A stretch of 64,000 nt of DNA from Shigella phage SFPB. This document shows, in pieces, positions 43,792 through 52,425 of the stretch (position 1 is its first letter; each line of letters starts with the position of its first letter). The stretch lies in sequence record OQ031072, one strand, 5' to 3'. The position numbers and the translations under genes are program-made. The notes under the pieces are model-generated. The model searched no databases and was not told where the DNA came from. It saw only the letters and a program-made list of their open reading frames with translations.

Positions 43792-44184
43792 ATGACTAAA
43801 TTAAATAAAAATCAAATGAACTGGCTTAAAGACTATGCTTTAGAGTGTGGCTCTTGTGAGAAAACTCACAGAAAATACTCAGAGTTTTACATAGCATGTA
43901 CTCTTTTAATAACTGACTCTGTTATTGATGACGCAAAGGATGATGACATTGAACTCCCTACGGAGTTGAGTGATAAAGTCTTAGTAGTAACTGGAACATG
44001 GTCAGATTCATATGGTACAGAAATTGGTGACATGTCTTTCTACAGTATTCAGCAAACAATGAATCCAAAGTATGTTGCTTTGATGACTCGTGCTCAGGAA
44101 GATGAACTGCTTCAGGAATTTATTAAAGAGCATTGTGAAGAGTACGTCACAAAACATGTAAGTTTTGAAGTTGAGGTGTGCTAA
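43792..44184 (+). CDS. hypothetical protein
   Basis: 130-aa ORF. Confidence 0.45.
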   Translation: MTKLNKNQMNWLKDYALECGSCEKTHRKYSEFYIACTLLITDSVIDDAKDDDIELPTELSDKVLVVTGTWSDSYGTEIGDMSFYSIQQTMNPKYVALMTRAQEDELLQEFIKEHCEEYVTKHVSFEVEVC

Positions 44185-44669
44185 TGAACTACATGGAAAT
44201 ACGAAAATTCGATACAGCGAACGGTGAAGGTGCTCGTGTCAGTCTTTTTGTAGCTGGCTGCAAACATCACTGTGAAGGTTGTTTTAACAAGGAATCTTGG
44301 AAGTTTAATGCTGGTAAAGAGTTTACTTATGCAAACCTTTATGGCATTATGCAGATAATGAATGATGATGGAATCAGTGGTCTATCTATCCTTGGTGGAG
44401 AGCCACTTGATGATAGGAATGTTCAGACAGTAACAAATATCTGTAAGCGGATTAAAACCGTATACCCAGACAAATCTATATGGTTATGGACAGGTTACCA
44501 GCTACATGAAAAAATTAACTTAGAAGTGATGAAATATGTTGACGTGGTAATAGATGGTAAGTATGATGCTTCTAAACCAACACACAAACCATATCGTGGG
44601 TCTGACAATCAAATACTTTGGAGAAAAGAATATGGCTGGCAAGGCGACTGTCAATGGAGAGCAGAATAG
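44184..44669 (+). CDS. nrdG: anaerobic RNR activating enzyme (radical SAM); start trimmed
   Basis: RVSLFVAGCKHHCEGCFN cluster near N-terminus; TAATG-coupled. Confidence 0.8.
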   Translation: MNYMEIRKFDTANGEGARVSLFVAGCKHHCEGCFNKESWKFNAGKEFTYANLYGIMQIMNDDGISGLSILGGEPLDDRNVQTVTNICKRIKTVYPDKSIWLWTGYQLHEKINLEVMKYVDVVIDGKYDASKPTHKPYRGSDNQILWRKEYGWQGDCQWRAE

Positions 44670-44952
44670 AGCGGGTTTTCGAAGAGGTGAGATTATGACC
44701 ATTTCTTGCAATAGCTCACTGTTTGGAGAGTATAAGGTTAACCCTAACACTCTTGAAGATTGGCAGAAGTACACAAAGAGTCTTTTTGATACAACTGGAT
44801 TAGACGCTTTAAAAAAGCTTGCAGAAGTTGAAGTTTTCAGAGTAAAATATAAGTCACACATGTCAAACTTCTACGCAACAAATATTGTTGAAGATGACAA
44901 AGTGGTTTCCGTAACAGAAGAAGAACTGAAGCAGTTCTGTATTAAACTTTAA
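44632..44952 (+). CDS. hypothetical protein; start trimmed
   Basis: SD GGAGAAAAG; 106 aa. Confidence 0.4.
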   Translation: MAGKATVNGEQNRAGFRRGEIMTISCNSSLFGEYKVNPNTLEDWQKYTKSLFDTTGLDALKKLAEVEVFRVKYKSHMSNFYATNIVEDDKVVSVTEEELKQFCIKL

Positions 44953-44967
44953 TAGAGAGATATTAAA

Positions 44968-45225
44968 ATGGGAATTTTTTCAAACATGAAAGCAGGTTTC
45001 TTAGCAGCTCTGGCAAAATCAGCAGCTATCGTTTCAATGACTGGTAAGCAGGTTGGAGTAGACGCTTCAGCAGTTGCACAGGTTCTTGCAAGCCAGATTG
45101 AACAGCAACCTTACATCCATGTTGGACGTGGTAAAGGTGGTAAGAAGCAAGCTCATCGCCAAACTGGTGCAGCAGCAATTAAACGTGCAGCTAAAAAAGC
45201 TCGCAACCGTAAACGTAGCAAGTAA
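44968..45225 (+). CDS. small protein with highly basic C-terminus
   Basis: 85 aa; C-terminal KRAAKKARNRKRSK. Confidence 0.45.
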   Translation: MGIFSNMKAGFLAALAKSAAIVSMTGKQVGVDASAVAQVLASQIEQQPYIHVGRGKGGKKQAHRQTGAAAIKRAAKKARNRKRSK

Positions 45226-45236
45226 GGATTATTAAA

Positions 45237-45548
45237 ATGGAAAAGGTTTATAACACTCGTAAAATTCAGATTTCTATCCTGTGCCAGTTTATGGCTGATA
45301 AACACAACTCCCACTATTGTGGTACAGGTTTCCTTACTCTAGGTGGTGGCTACATTAGCTTCAAAGAAGCTGTGAAGATGTATAATGAGCACCCTGAAGA
45401 TGACAAAGAGTTGAAACAACTGAAGCTTACTTATGACAAGAAGCGTAAGAAAATTATCTGCTTGAACAATTTTATCAAGCCAACTGAGAACGTCTATGAT
45501 GCAATTGGTGAAGAAGGCTTCTTCAAAGTCTTGAAATTAACTCAGTAA
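45237..45548 (+). CDS. hypothetical protein
   Basis: 103-aa ORF with SD. Confidence 0.45.
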   Translation: MEKVYNTRKIQISILCQFMADKHNSHYCGTGFLTLGGGYISFKEAVKMYNEHPEDDKELKQLKLTYDKKRKKIICLNNFIKPTENVYDAIGEEGFFKVLKLTQ

Positions 45549-45561
45549 ATGTATATGATTA

Positions 45562-45590
45562 GGGAACTGTAAAAGGTTCCTTTTTATTTT
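45562..45590 (+). terminator. rho-independent terminator with TGTAAAAG loop
   Basis: GGGAAC tgtaaaag GTTCC then TTTTTATTTT; same loop as terminator at 4855. Confidence 0.55.
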
Positions 45591-45599
45591 GGAGAAATC

Positions 45600-46115
45600 A
45601 TGTACCATTCAAATCTGAAACGTGCTGCTGCAATGTCTGTTCTTCGTCTTGATTTTGATGAGCGTCAAGAGTTTATCGATTCACATCAGTATGACCCTTC
45701 AAATTCTAACCACATGGTACTTTGGAACCGTGGTAAGTTTCGTGATAGTGCCTTGTTCCAGTACTACCCTCACTATACTATTGACAACCTCTATGAATAC
45801 TGTGTTGTCAAGAACACTATTGCAACCCTTAATAAGCTTTGTAGATATTCTGGAAAGAAAGCTTTCACATTAGGCCACCATAAGCCCGTGACAAAAGGTG
45901 GAGAGCACCATTGCTCAAACTGGTTTATCCAGACTCAAGAAGATAACCAGAAGCAGGGAGAGAAGCTTCCAGAGGCTCCTAAGATGACTTGGGAGGAACA
46001 GAAAGCATATCTTAAAAATAATATGCCACCAATGCTTGACAGGGAATATGCAGTTCTGGCAATATCACTCTTGTTGAAGCTTGAGACAGTTTATGAGGCA
46101 ACTTATCATGGCTAG
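45600..46115 (+). CDS. HNH endonuclease-like protein
   Basis: LGHHKPVTKGGEHHCSNWFIQTQEDNQKQGEK (HH...GG...N...N..K). Confidence 0.5.
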   Translation: MYHSNLKRAAAMSVLRLDFDERQEFIDSHQYDPSNSNHMVLWNRGKFRDSALFQYYPHYTIDNLYEYCVVKNTIATLNKLCRYSGKKAFTLGHHKPVTKGGEHHCSNWFIQTQEDNQKQGEKLPEAPKMTWEEQKAYLKNNMPPMLDREYAVLAISLLLKLETVYEATYHG

Positions 46116-46386
46116 AGAACAATGGGATATCAAAGAGCTAATTAGCGAAGCTGGAAATGGTAGTGAGATGTATATGATACGTGGTCACGTCCCAGATGCA
46201 CTTGCTATTGAGATGATAGACCACTACTCCAACGGATTCTATAAAGAGTTTGGAGAGCCAAATATTGAACGTACTTGGACAAAACCAGTACCAGACGGAA
46301 CAGGAAACTGTTCAGTTATCTACCATATTGTAGACCCAAAGAAATGTAAATCAGCTATGGCTGTAACATTTGTAACTTTTGATTGA
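46108..46386 (+). CDS. hypothetical protein; start trimmed
   Basis: SD GAGG; 92 aa. Confidence 0.4.
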   Translation: MAREQWDIKELISEAGNGSEMYMIRGHVPDALAIEMIDHYSNGFYKEFGEPNIERTWTKPVPDGTGNCSVIYHIVDPKKCKSAMAVTFVTFD

Positions 46387-46396
46387 GAGAAATATT

Positions 46397-47278
46397 ATGA
46401 AAACTACTATTCGAGTTCTACTTAATTCAAATTCCAAAGGTTCTCATCAAGAGACCTTCAACATTATCCAGTTCCCTTCTGGGGAGATTGGTGGTAACTT
46501 CTCAGAAGACTTAGTAGACTTTGCTGAACATGCTGCTGGTAAGATTGAAAACGTAATATTCACTGTACAAGGTTATGACAAAGACACACTCTTTGCATTG
46601 GCTATGGCTAAAGAAGCAATTGACCGTTTGATTCCTCAGAAAGCAACCCTGAAAACTGTTGTCTTTGGATTCTTACCAAATGCTCGCTATGACCGTCACA
46701 TGTTTAAAGGTGATGCAGCAGCACTTAAAGTCTTTGCAAATCTTGTAAATGCTATGGAGTTCGATGCAGTATGTGCTCTGGATACTCACAGTAATGTTGC
46801 AGAGAATTTGTTTAAGAGCTTCTACAACCTCCCTCAAAAAGAGGCAGCAGTCCACTTTGCAAGTGACCCACGCATTGATTACTTAGTGGCTCCAGATGCA
46901 GGTGCAGCTAAGAAGACTGAAGAGGCTGCTAAAGAGGTTGAGAAACCTTACATTACAATGGCTAAGGTACGAAACCTGAAAACTGGTGAAATCACTGGTA
47001 TGCGAATCCTTGATGATGTAGACTTGACAGGTAAGACCGTCATGATTCTGGATGATATCTGTGACGGTGGTCGAACATTTATCGAGGCTGCAAAGTATCT
47101 TCGTGAAGCTGGAGCAGAACGTGTAGAACTGTATGTCACTCATGGGATTTTCTCTAAAGGTGTTGAAAATCTCCTTGACAATGGTATCGACCATATCTAC
47201 ACTACAAACTCACTAGGGGATGAAAAAGACCGTGGTCTTTCCCACTTCTCACAAGTGACCGTAGCAAATATTGAATAA
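46397..47278 (+). CDS. ribose-phosphate pyrophosphokinase (Prs)-family enzyme; candidate ADP-ribose pyrophosphokinase (Adps-like); start trimmed
   Basis: Prs architecture: N-domain FPSGEI, DTHS segment, phosphoribosyltransferase loop GKTVMILDDICDGGRTF. Confidence 0.7.
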   Translation: MKTTIRVLLNSNSKGSHQETFNIIQFPSGEIGGNFSEDLVDFAEHAAGKIENVIFTVQGYDKDTLFALAMAKEAIDRLIPQKATLKTVVFGFLPNARYDRHMFKGDAAALKVFANLVNAMEFDAVCALDTHSNVAENLFKSFYNLPQKEAAVHFASDPRIDYLVAPDAGAAKKTEEAAKEVEKPYITMAKVRNLKTGEITGMRILDDVDLTGKTVMILDDICDGGRTFIEAAKYLREAGAERVELYVTHGIFSKGVENLLDNGIDHIYTTNSLGDEKDRGLSHFSQVTVANIE

Positions 47279-47286
47279 AAACTTTA

Positions 47287-47302
47287 GGGGCTGAAAAGCC
47301 CC
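47287..47302 (+). other. intergenic GGGGCT-GAAA-AGCCCC hairpin (no U-tract) between Prs-like and Nampt-like genes
   Basis: perfect 6-bp stem with GAAA loop. Confidence 0.4.
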
Positions 47303-47322
47303 ACTTTGAGAGAGATAAAAAG

Positions 47323-49149
47323 ATGACTAAATCAATCTATGCAGTACCAGCAGGTCTTAATGCAGATGCTTATAAAGCGGGTCATATCTATCAGTATCCA
47401 GATGCTACACAGTATCTTATGTTGAACTTAACACCTCGTGGAGATAAATGGTTTAACTCTCCGTTAGAGATTGATGGTGTTGTAGCTTTTGGTATTCAGC
47501 GTTTTGTAAAAGACTATCTGGTAGACCACTGGAATGCAACGTTCTTTGAACGTGATAAGAAAGAAGCCATTGACGAAATCTTGGAAATCATGAATGGTGT
47601 CCTTGGTGCAGATACTATTGGTCGTCAACATTGGGAAGAACTTCATGACTTGGGTTACCTACCTGTTGAAGTCTACTCTGTAGAGGAAGGTACAATTGTC
47701 CCTATGCGTGTCCCGATGATTGTCTTCAAAAATACTGTAGAGGGATTCCATTGGGTAGCTGGTTACCTTGAAGATGCTTTCTCTGCTGAAATCTGGAAAG
47801 CTTGTACGATTGCAACTATTGCACTGCATTACAAACGTATTTGTAAGCAATGGGCTGATTTAACCTGTGACAACGACTCCCATTTACCTTGGCAGTGTCA
47901 TGACTTTGCAATGCGTGGCATGTCTGGCTTCACAGATGATGCGTTTAACGCAGTAGGACACCTGACAAGCTTTAAAGGCACTGACAGCTTCCCTGCTGTC
48001 TACACTGCTAAACGTTCTTATGGTCAGTTTATGGAAGTAAGTGATATCGGCAACTCTGTACCAGCTACTGAACACTCTGTGATGTGCGCAAACATTTCAT
48101 GGAATATGAAAGACTTGTCAGAGGAAGATATTCATTCACAGTACATCATGCGGTCTGATAGCTTGCTGGATGCAAAACGTTGGCGTGGTGAGGTTAAAAC
48201 CTTTGAGCATTTACTGGTAGACGTATATCCAACTGGTATTGCAAGTGTTGTTTCAGATACTTACAACTTCTGGCGTACTGTTACAGAGATTCTGCCAGAG
48301 CTACGTAATGTAATTCTGAATCGTGATGGTAAGTTGGTAATTCGTCCAGACTCTGGAGACCCTGTTCACATTGTTACAGGTTACAAAGCCGTTGAATGGG
48401 AAACTGCTAAGTCAATGTTCTACAAGCACATGAAAGGTCTTGCACCAGATAATACCCATCTGCATGACACAATCTTGAATTGTGAAATGTCTGATATTGG
48501 TTTTGGGTTCTCTGCTTGGTTAATCTCTGAAGGTTATGAGATGGTTGTTGAAAATGAAGATTTTGATTATATTGATACAATCAACCTGATTACCGCTCAG
48601 AAAACTGGACAGTTTACTGTGAAGCGTATGTTAACAGCAGAAATTGATGGAGCTATCCACACGCTGTATAACATATTTGGTGGCACTGTTAACTCCAAAG
48701 GGTACAAAGTACTGGATGAGCACATTGGGCTAATCTACGGTGATTCTATCACTCTGGAAAGGGCTAATGAGATTCTGTCACGTCTTGCTGATAAAGGTTT
48801 TGCAAGTTCTAACGTGGTGTTTGGTGTAGGCTCATATACCTATCAGTACCTGACCCGTGACACCTTTGCATTTGCTGTTAAAGCAACTCTTGCACAGATG
48901 GATGGTCAAGAAATTATGCTGGCTAAAGACCCTAAAACTGACAGTGGTCTTAAGAAGTCTGCTTTTGGTGGGGTTGTCCCTATGTGGGATGGTGACAAGC
49001 TGGTAGCTGTAGATGGTTTTGGATTTGCAGAGTTTGAAGGTGCAATTGACAATTGCCATAGTGCTTTGAAACTGGTATTTAGCAATTCACAGGCTTGTAA
49101 CCGTGTTAACCTGCGTGATGTTCGAAATACTATTGACAAGCAACTTTAA
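47323..49149 (+). CDS. nicotinamide phosphoribosyltransferase (Nampt/NadV)-family enzyme; candidate Namat-like
   Basis: LNADAYKAGHIYQYP, HDFAMRGMSGF...FKGTDSF and IRPDSGDP segments align with Nampt. Confidence 0.8.
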   Translation: MTKSIYAVPAGLNADAYKAGHIYQYPDATQYLMLNLTPRGDKWFNSPLEIDGVVAFGIQRFVKDYLVDHWNATFFERDKKEAIDEILEIMNGVLGADTIGRQHWEELHDLGYLPVEVYSVEEGTIVPMRVPMIVFKNTVEGFHWVAGYLEDAFSAEIWKACTIATIALHYKRICKQWADLTCDNDSHLPWQCHDFAMRGMSGFTDDAFNAVGHLTSFKGTDSFPAVYTAKRSYGQFMEVSDIGNSVPATEHSVMCANISWNMKDLSEEDIHSQYIMRSDSLLDAKRWRGEVKTFEHLLVDVYPTGIASVVSDTYNFWRTVTEILPELRNVILNRDGKLVIRPDSGDPVHIVTGYKAVEWETAKSMFYKHMKGLAPDNTHLHDTILNCEMSDIGFGFSAWLISEGYEMVVENEDFDYIDTINLITAQKTGQFTVKRMLTAEIDGAIHTLYNIFGGTVNSKGYKVLDEHIGLIYGDSITLERANEILSRLADKGFASSNVVFGVGSYTYQYLTRDTFAFAVKATLAQMDGQEIMLAKDPKTDSGLKKSAFGGVVPMWDGDKLVAVDGFGFAEFEGAIDNCHSALKLVFSNSQACNRVNLRDVRNTIDKQL

Positions 49150-49163
49150 AACAGTATGATAAG

Positions 49164-49187
49164 AGGCTCCTACGGGAGCCTTTTTAA
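49164..49187 (+). terminator. rho-independent terminator
   Basis: AGGCTCC tacg GGAGCCT then TTTTT. Confidence 0.6.
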
Positions 49188-49202
49188 TTTGTGGAGAAGA
49201 AT

Positions 49203-49418
49203 ATGAGATTTAACACGGATTTATTTTATACAGATAGCACTGGATTCTTTGGTGGATATTGTGTAGCATCTTGGCAGTTATGGTTCTCAGAAGAGTACAG
49301 GGGTGATATGCAGGTTTTTGTAGAAGATTATAAGTTCCCTACAAAACCTACTAAACGCCAGATTAGAAAGCTTCGCAGAGAGTTTCGTAAAACTTGCAAA
49401 GGGATTAACAGACTATGA
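49203..49418 (+). CDS. hypothetical small basic protein; start trimmed
   Basis: SD GGAGAAG; 71 aa. Confidence 0.4.
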   Translation: MRFNTDLFYTDSTGFFGGYCVASWQLWFSEEYRGDMQVFVEDYKFPTKPTKRQIRKLRREFRKTCKGINRL

Positions 49419-49750
49419 AAATTAAACAGATGAATGTTAATTTAATCATTGAAGAACGTTGGGAAAACATCAAGCGCCATGAAGATGGTCATAAGTTTAT
49501 CAATGAACTGTTTCAAGCAGCACAATCAGAGTTAGCTTCTGAGATTTATACAACGGTTACTTTGAAGGTTTATATCAAAGGTCTTCCACAGAACCATCAA
49601 GAAGCTCTTGATTTGTTTCAAGAAGAATTTTACAATCCAAACAAAAAGATACTTGAGAATAGTTTTGCAGTATCTTCGAGTATTGTCCATGACAGGAGTT
49701 TTGTCCTATTCAGAACTATAGGAGACAAGGTATGCAAGGTTATTGGTTAG
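49415..49750 (+). CDS. hypothetical protein
   Basis: 111-aa ATGA-coupled ORF. Confidence 0.45.
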   Translation: MKIKQMNVNLIIEERWENIKRHEDGHKFINELFQAAQSELASEIYTTVTLKVYIKGLPQNHQEALDLFQEEFYNPNKKILENSFAVSSSIVHDRSFVLFRTIGDKVCKVIG

Positions 49751-49911
49751 AAATTGTTCTTTCACTCGGTTGTATAGTTGCTATTGCAGTATTACTATGC
49801 AAGTACTTCTCAGAGACTGAACCTTGTGATGAATGTGAAGGTTCTGGGGTAGTTGGTATAGGGCATTGTTGCCCTTACTGTAATGGAACTGGAAAGAAAT
49901 TTAAAAAGTAA
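49732..49911 (+). CDS. small membrane-anchored zinc-ribbon protein (59 aa), not in ORF track
   Basis: SD GGAGACAAGG; N-terminal hydrophobic helix; CDECEGSG...CCPYCNGTG. Confidence 0.35.
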   Translation: MQGYWLEIVLSLGCIVAIAVLLCKYFSETEPCDECEGSGVVGIGHCCPYCNGTGKKFKK

Positions 49912-49973
49912 CTTGACAGTGGCATCTATAAAATTATATAGTTTGCCACATCGACAACTAAGGAGATACTCTT

Positions 49974-52346
49974 ATGCGCATGGTAAATGACCACGCAACG
50001 GTAATTAAAAGCTCAAGTACACTGGAAACCTCTCAGGCTCAGATTAAGATGACACCTGAAATGTTCAGTCTTCTAAGCTCAGGTGTTTACACATATAAAG
50101 AACGTGCTGTAATTCGTGAATTGTCATGTAACGCAGTAGATGCTCACATTGATTCTGGTAACGTTGATAAACCTTTCTTGGTTCACTTACCAACTCGTTT
50201 CGAGCCATTCTTTGAAGTTCGTGACTTTGGTACTGGATTGACTCATGATAAAGTAATGGACCTCTACATGAACTACGGAGAGTCAACAAAGAATGATTCA
50301 AATGACTACATCGGAGCTATGGGTATCGGTTCAAAGTCACCGTTTGCGATTGCTCAATCATTTACTGTATCAAGCTACGTTGATGGTGTTGTTAACAAGT
50401 ACTCTGTATATCTTGAGAATGGTATCCCTCAAGTTACTAAGTTGACTACTAACCCAACTACAGAGCCAAATGGTTTAGCTGTTCGAGTAGCGGTATCTGA
50501 TAACCGTATTAACAAGTTTCATGAAGAAGCGAGCAATGTATACTCGTACTTTAAAGTTAAGCCAGAGTGTAATGTTGAGTACTATGACATTCTTGAAGCA
50601 ATGACTTCCATTTCTCGTGAAGATGGTGTCTATGATGCAATGAAGTACAAAGAGAACTGGCGCTCAAATAGTAACAGTGTCCATTTCAACGTAATCATGG
50701 GAGATATTGCTTATCCTGTTGAAATGGGCGAGTTGCTTGGTTCAGAGTTTACAAGTATTCTGCCTCAGTTCTTCCGTAGTGCTGTAGACCTTGTTAATAT
50801 CTACATGCCAATTGGTTCAGTGGCTATTGCTGCATCTCGTGAAGCATTACAGATGAATGAGACCACTAAGACAAAGATTGTTGAAGCCGTGAAGAAAATC
50901 ACTAAGACAATCGTTGAAGATGTGGTTAAAGAGATTGCTAATAAGCCAACGCTGATTGATGCTGCTCAGGCTTATGATACCATGAGGAAAGAGGCTCGTG
51001 AAATCTTTAATCACGTCCAAGATTCTCTGGAGTGGCAAGGTCAGAACTTGAAAAAGCTTGAACAAAAGCTATTGGGTATTCGTCGTGGTCAGTTAACTGA
51101 AGCAGATGGTTCTCCATCATTCTTGAAAGATGATGCAGGTAACTTAAGGCTTGACAAAGACGGTAATCCAGTCCCTAATATTGGTAATCTGTATGAGCCT
51201 GTAGCATATTACAAGTACAGCAGTCTGGAGAATCGTATTCGAGCAACTTCAGCAACATATTCACAAGATGCTGCCATGTTTAGTATCTTTGGTGCAATGA
51301 GTAAAGATAAGTTGAGCAACTATTTGTTCCTTATCAATGACCGTCGAAACAAGAACGGGTCTGAAAAGACGACTGGTAAAAATCAGATTATCCGTGGAGC
51401 TTGCCGTGACCGTGAACAGGAAGATTCTAACTTCCGTCGCTACAATGGTATTGCTTTCTTGTTCAGCAGTCAGCAGCAATTTGATGAATTTGTAGCTCTG
51501 CATATGCTTGACAAGACTCTGTTAAGTGTGCATACAATGTCATCTAAAGAGCACCACTATGAGAAACGTACCATTGTACGTGGAGTGGTGAAGCTGTACA
51601 AAGCATTTATATGTCCAAATACTTACATGATTCGTTATACAGAGGTTAAAGAGAACTTTGATGAGATTGAAGAACCACAACTGTATATCAAAGCACAGAG
51701 TGATGAAGTGATTGGTGGAATCTTCTCATGTTCACCAGAACGTGCTGCAACGTTGATGACAGAGTTAACTGGACAGTCTGTTTATGTCTTCCGTAAAGCC
51801 AACTGGAAAAAGATTCCTGAAGACTGGACAGAAGTCAATGAACAAGTAATGAAAGATTTTATTGATAACACTCATTGGATTGAGTATCACCGTTACTTGA
51901 CTCACCAATATATGACTAATAATCATGATATCACTGATTGTAATGTGATTTCTCGAAACTTTATGTTTGCTGATAAGCGTAAGTCCAGAGGCCACATTTA
52001 CAGTAAAGACTTTAAGAAGACTATTTTCTTAGAGGGGAATGAAGAGGCTATAGAAGCAATGTTTGGACGCTTGGCATATACTGCTGCACCAGTTGCTTAC
52101 AAAGATATTACCAGCACTCTTGATACCATTCGCAGGAATATGAGAGGCTCTTGTAAGCCAAGAAAGGTTCTGGATAACGCTAAGAAGCGTCTTGAAAGTA
52201 AGTTCAAAGATTACTTTGAGAAACGCCGTAAAGAAAACTTCTTGCTTTCTAATCTGGATTGGAATAAAGTATCACCAGTCGAAGTTGGTAAGTTTTTAGG
52301 TTTTGACACTAAGAGCATTCCAGAAGATACTGTATGCTGGGATTAA
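49974..52346 (+). CDS. rIIA: rIIA-like protein with GHKL-type ATPase domain
   Basis: N-terminal ELSCNAVDA, RDFGTGL and GAMGIGSKS motifs; ~790 aa; followed by rIIB-sized gene. Confidence 0.55.
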   Translation: MRMVNDHATVIKSSSTLETSQAQIKMTPEMFSLLSSGVYTYKERAVIRELSCNAVDAHIDSGNVDKPFLVHLPTRFEPFFEVRDFGTGLTHDKVMDLYMNYGESTKNDSNDYIGAMGIGSKSPFAIAQSFTVSSYVDGVVNKYSVYLENGIPQVTKLTTNPTTEPNGLAVRVAVSDNRINKFHEEASNVYSYFKVKPECNVEYYDILEAMTSISREDGVYDAMKYKENWRSNSNSVHFNVIMGDIAYPVEMGELLGSEFTSILPQFFRSAVDLVNIYMPIGSVAIAASREALQMNETTKTKIVEAVKKITKTIVEDVVKEIANKPTLIDAAQAYDTMRKEAREIFNHVQDSLEWQGQNLKKLEQKLLGIRRGQLTEADGSPSFLKDDAGNLRLDKDGNPVPNIGNLYEPVAYYKYSSLENRIRATSATYSQDAAMFSIFGAMSKDKLSNYLFLINDRRNKNGSEKTTGKNQIIRGACRDREQEDSNFRRYNGIAFLFSSQQQFDEFVALHMLDKTLLSVHTMSSKEHHYEKRTIVRGVVKLYKAFICPNTYMIRYTEVKENFDEIEEPQLYIKAQSDEVIGGIFSCSPERAATLMTELTGQSVYVFRKANWKKIPEDWTEVNEQVMKDFIDNTHWIEYHRYLTHQYMTNNHDITDCNVISRNFMFADKRKSRGHIYSKDFKKTIFLEGNEEAIEAMFGRLAYTAAPVAYKDITSTLDTIRRNMRGSCKPRKVLDNAKKRLESKFKDYFEKRRKENFLLSNLDWNKVSPVEVGKFLGFDTKSIPEDTVCWD

Positions 52347-52353
52347 AAATAGT

Positions 52354-52382
52354 TTGACAGGGGCTGAAAAGCCCCTTAGAAT
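52354..52382 (+). promoter_or_regulatory. sigma70-like promoter TTGACA-17-TAGAAT whose spacer is the GGGGCTGAAAAGCCCC hairpin
   Basis: -35 52354-52359, hairpin 52360-52375, -10 52377-52382. Confidence 0.45.
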
Positions 52383-52425
52383 ACGAACCACTAAGTAATT
52401 TTAAACAACAAAGAGAGATATTGAA

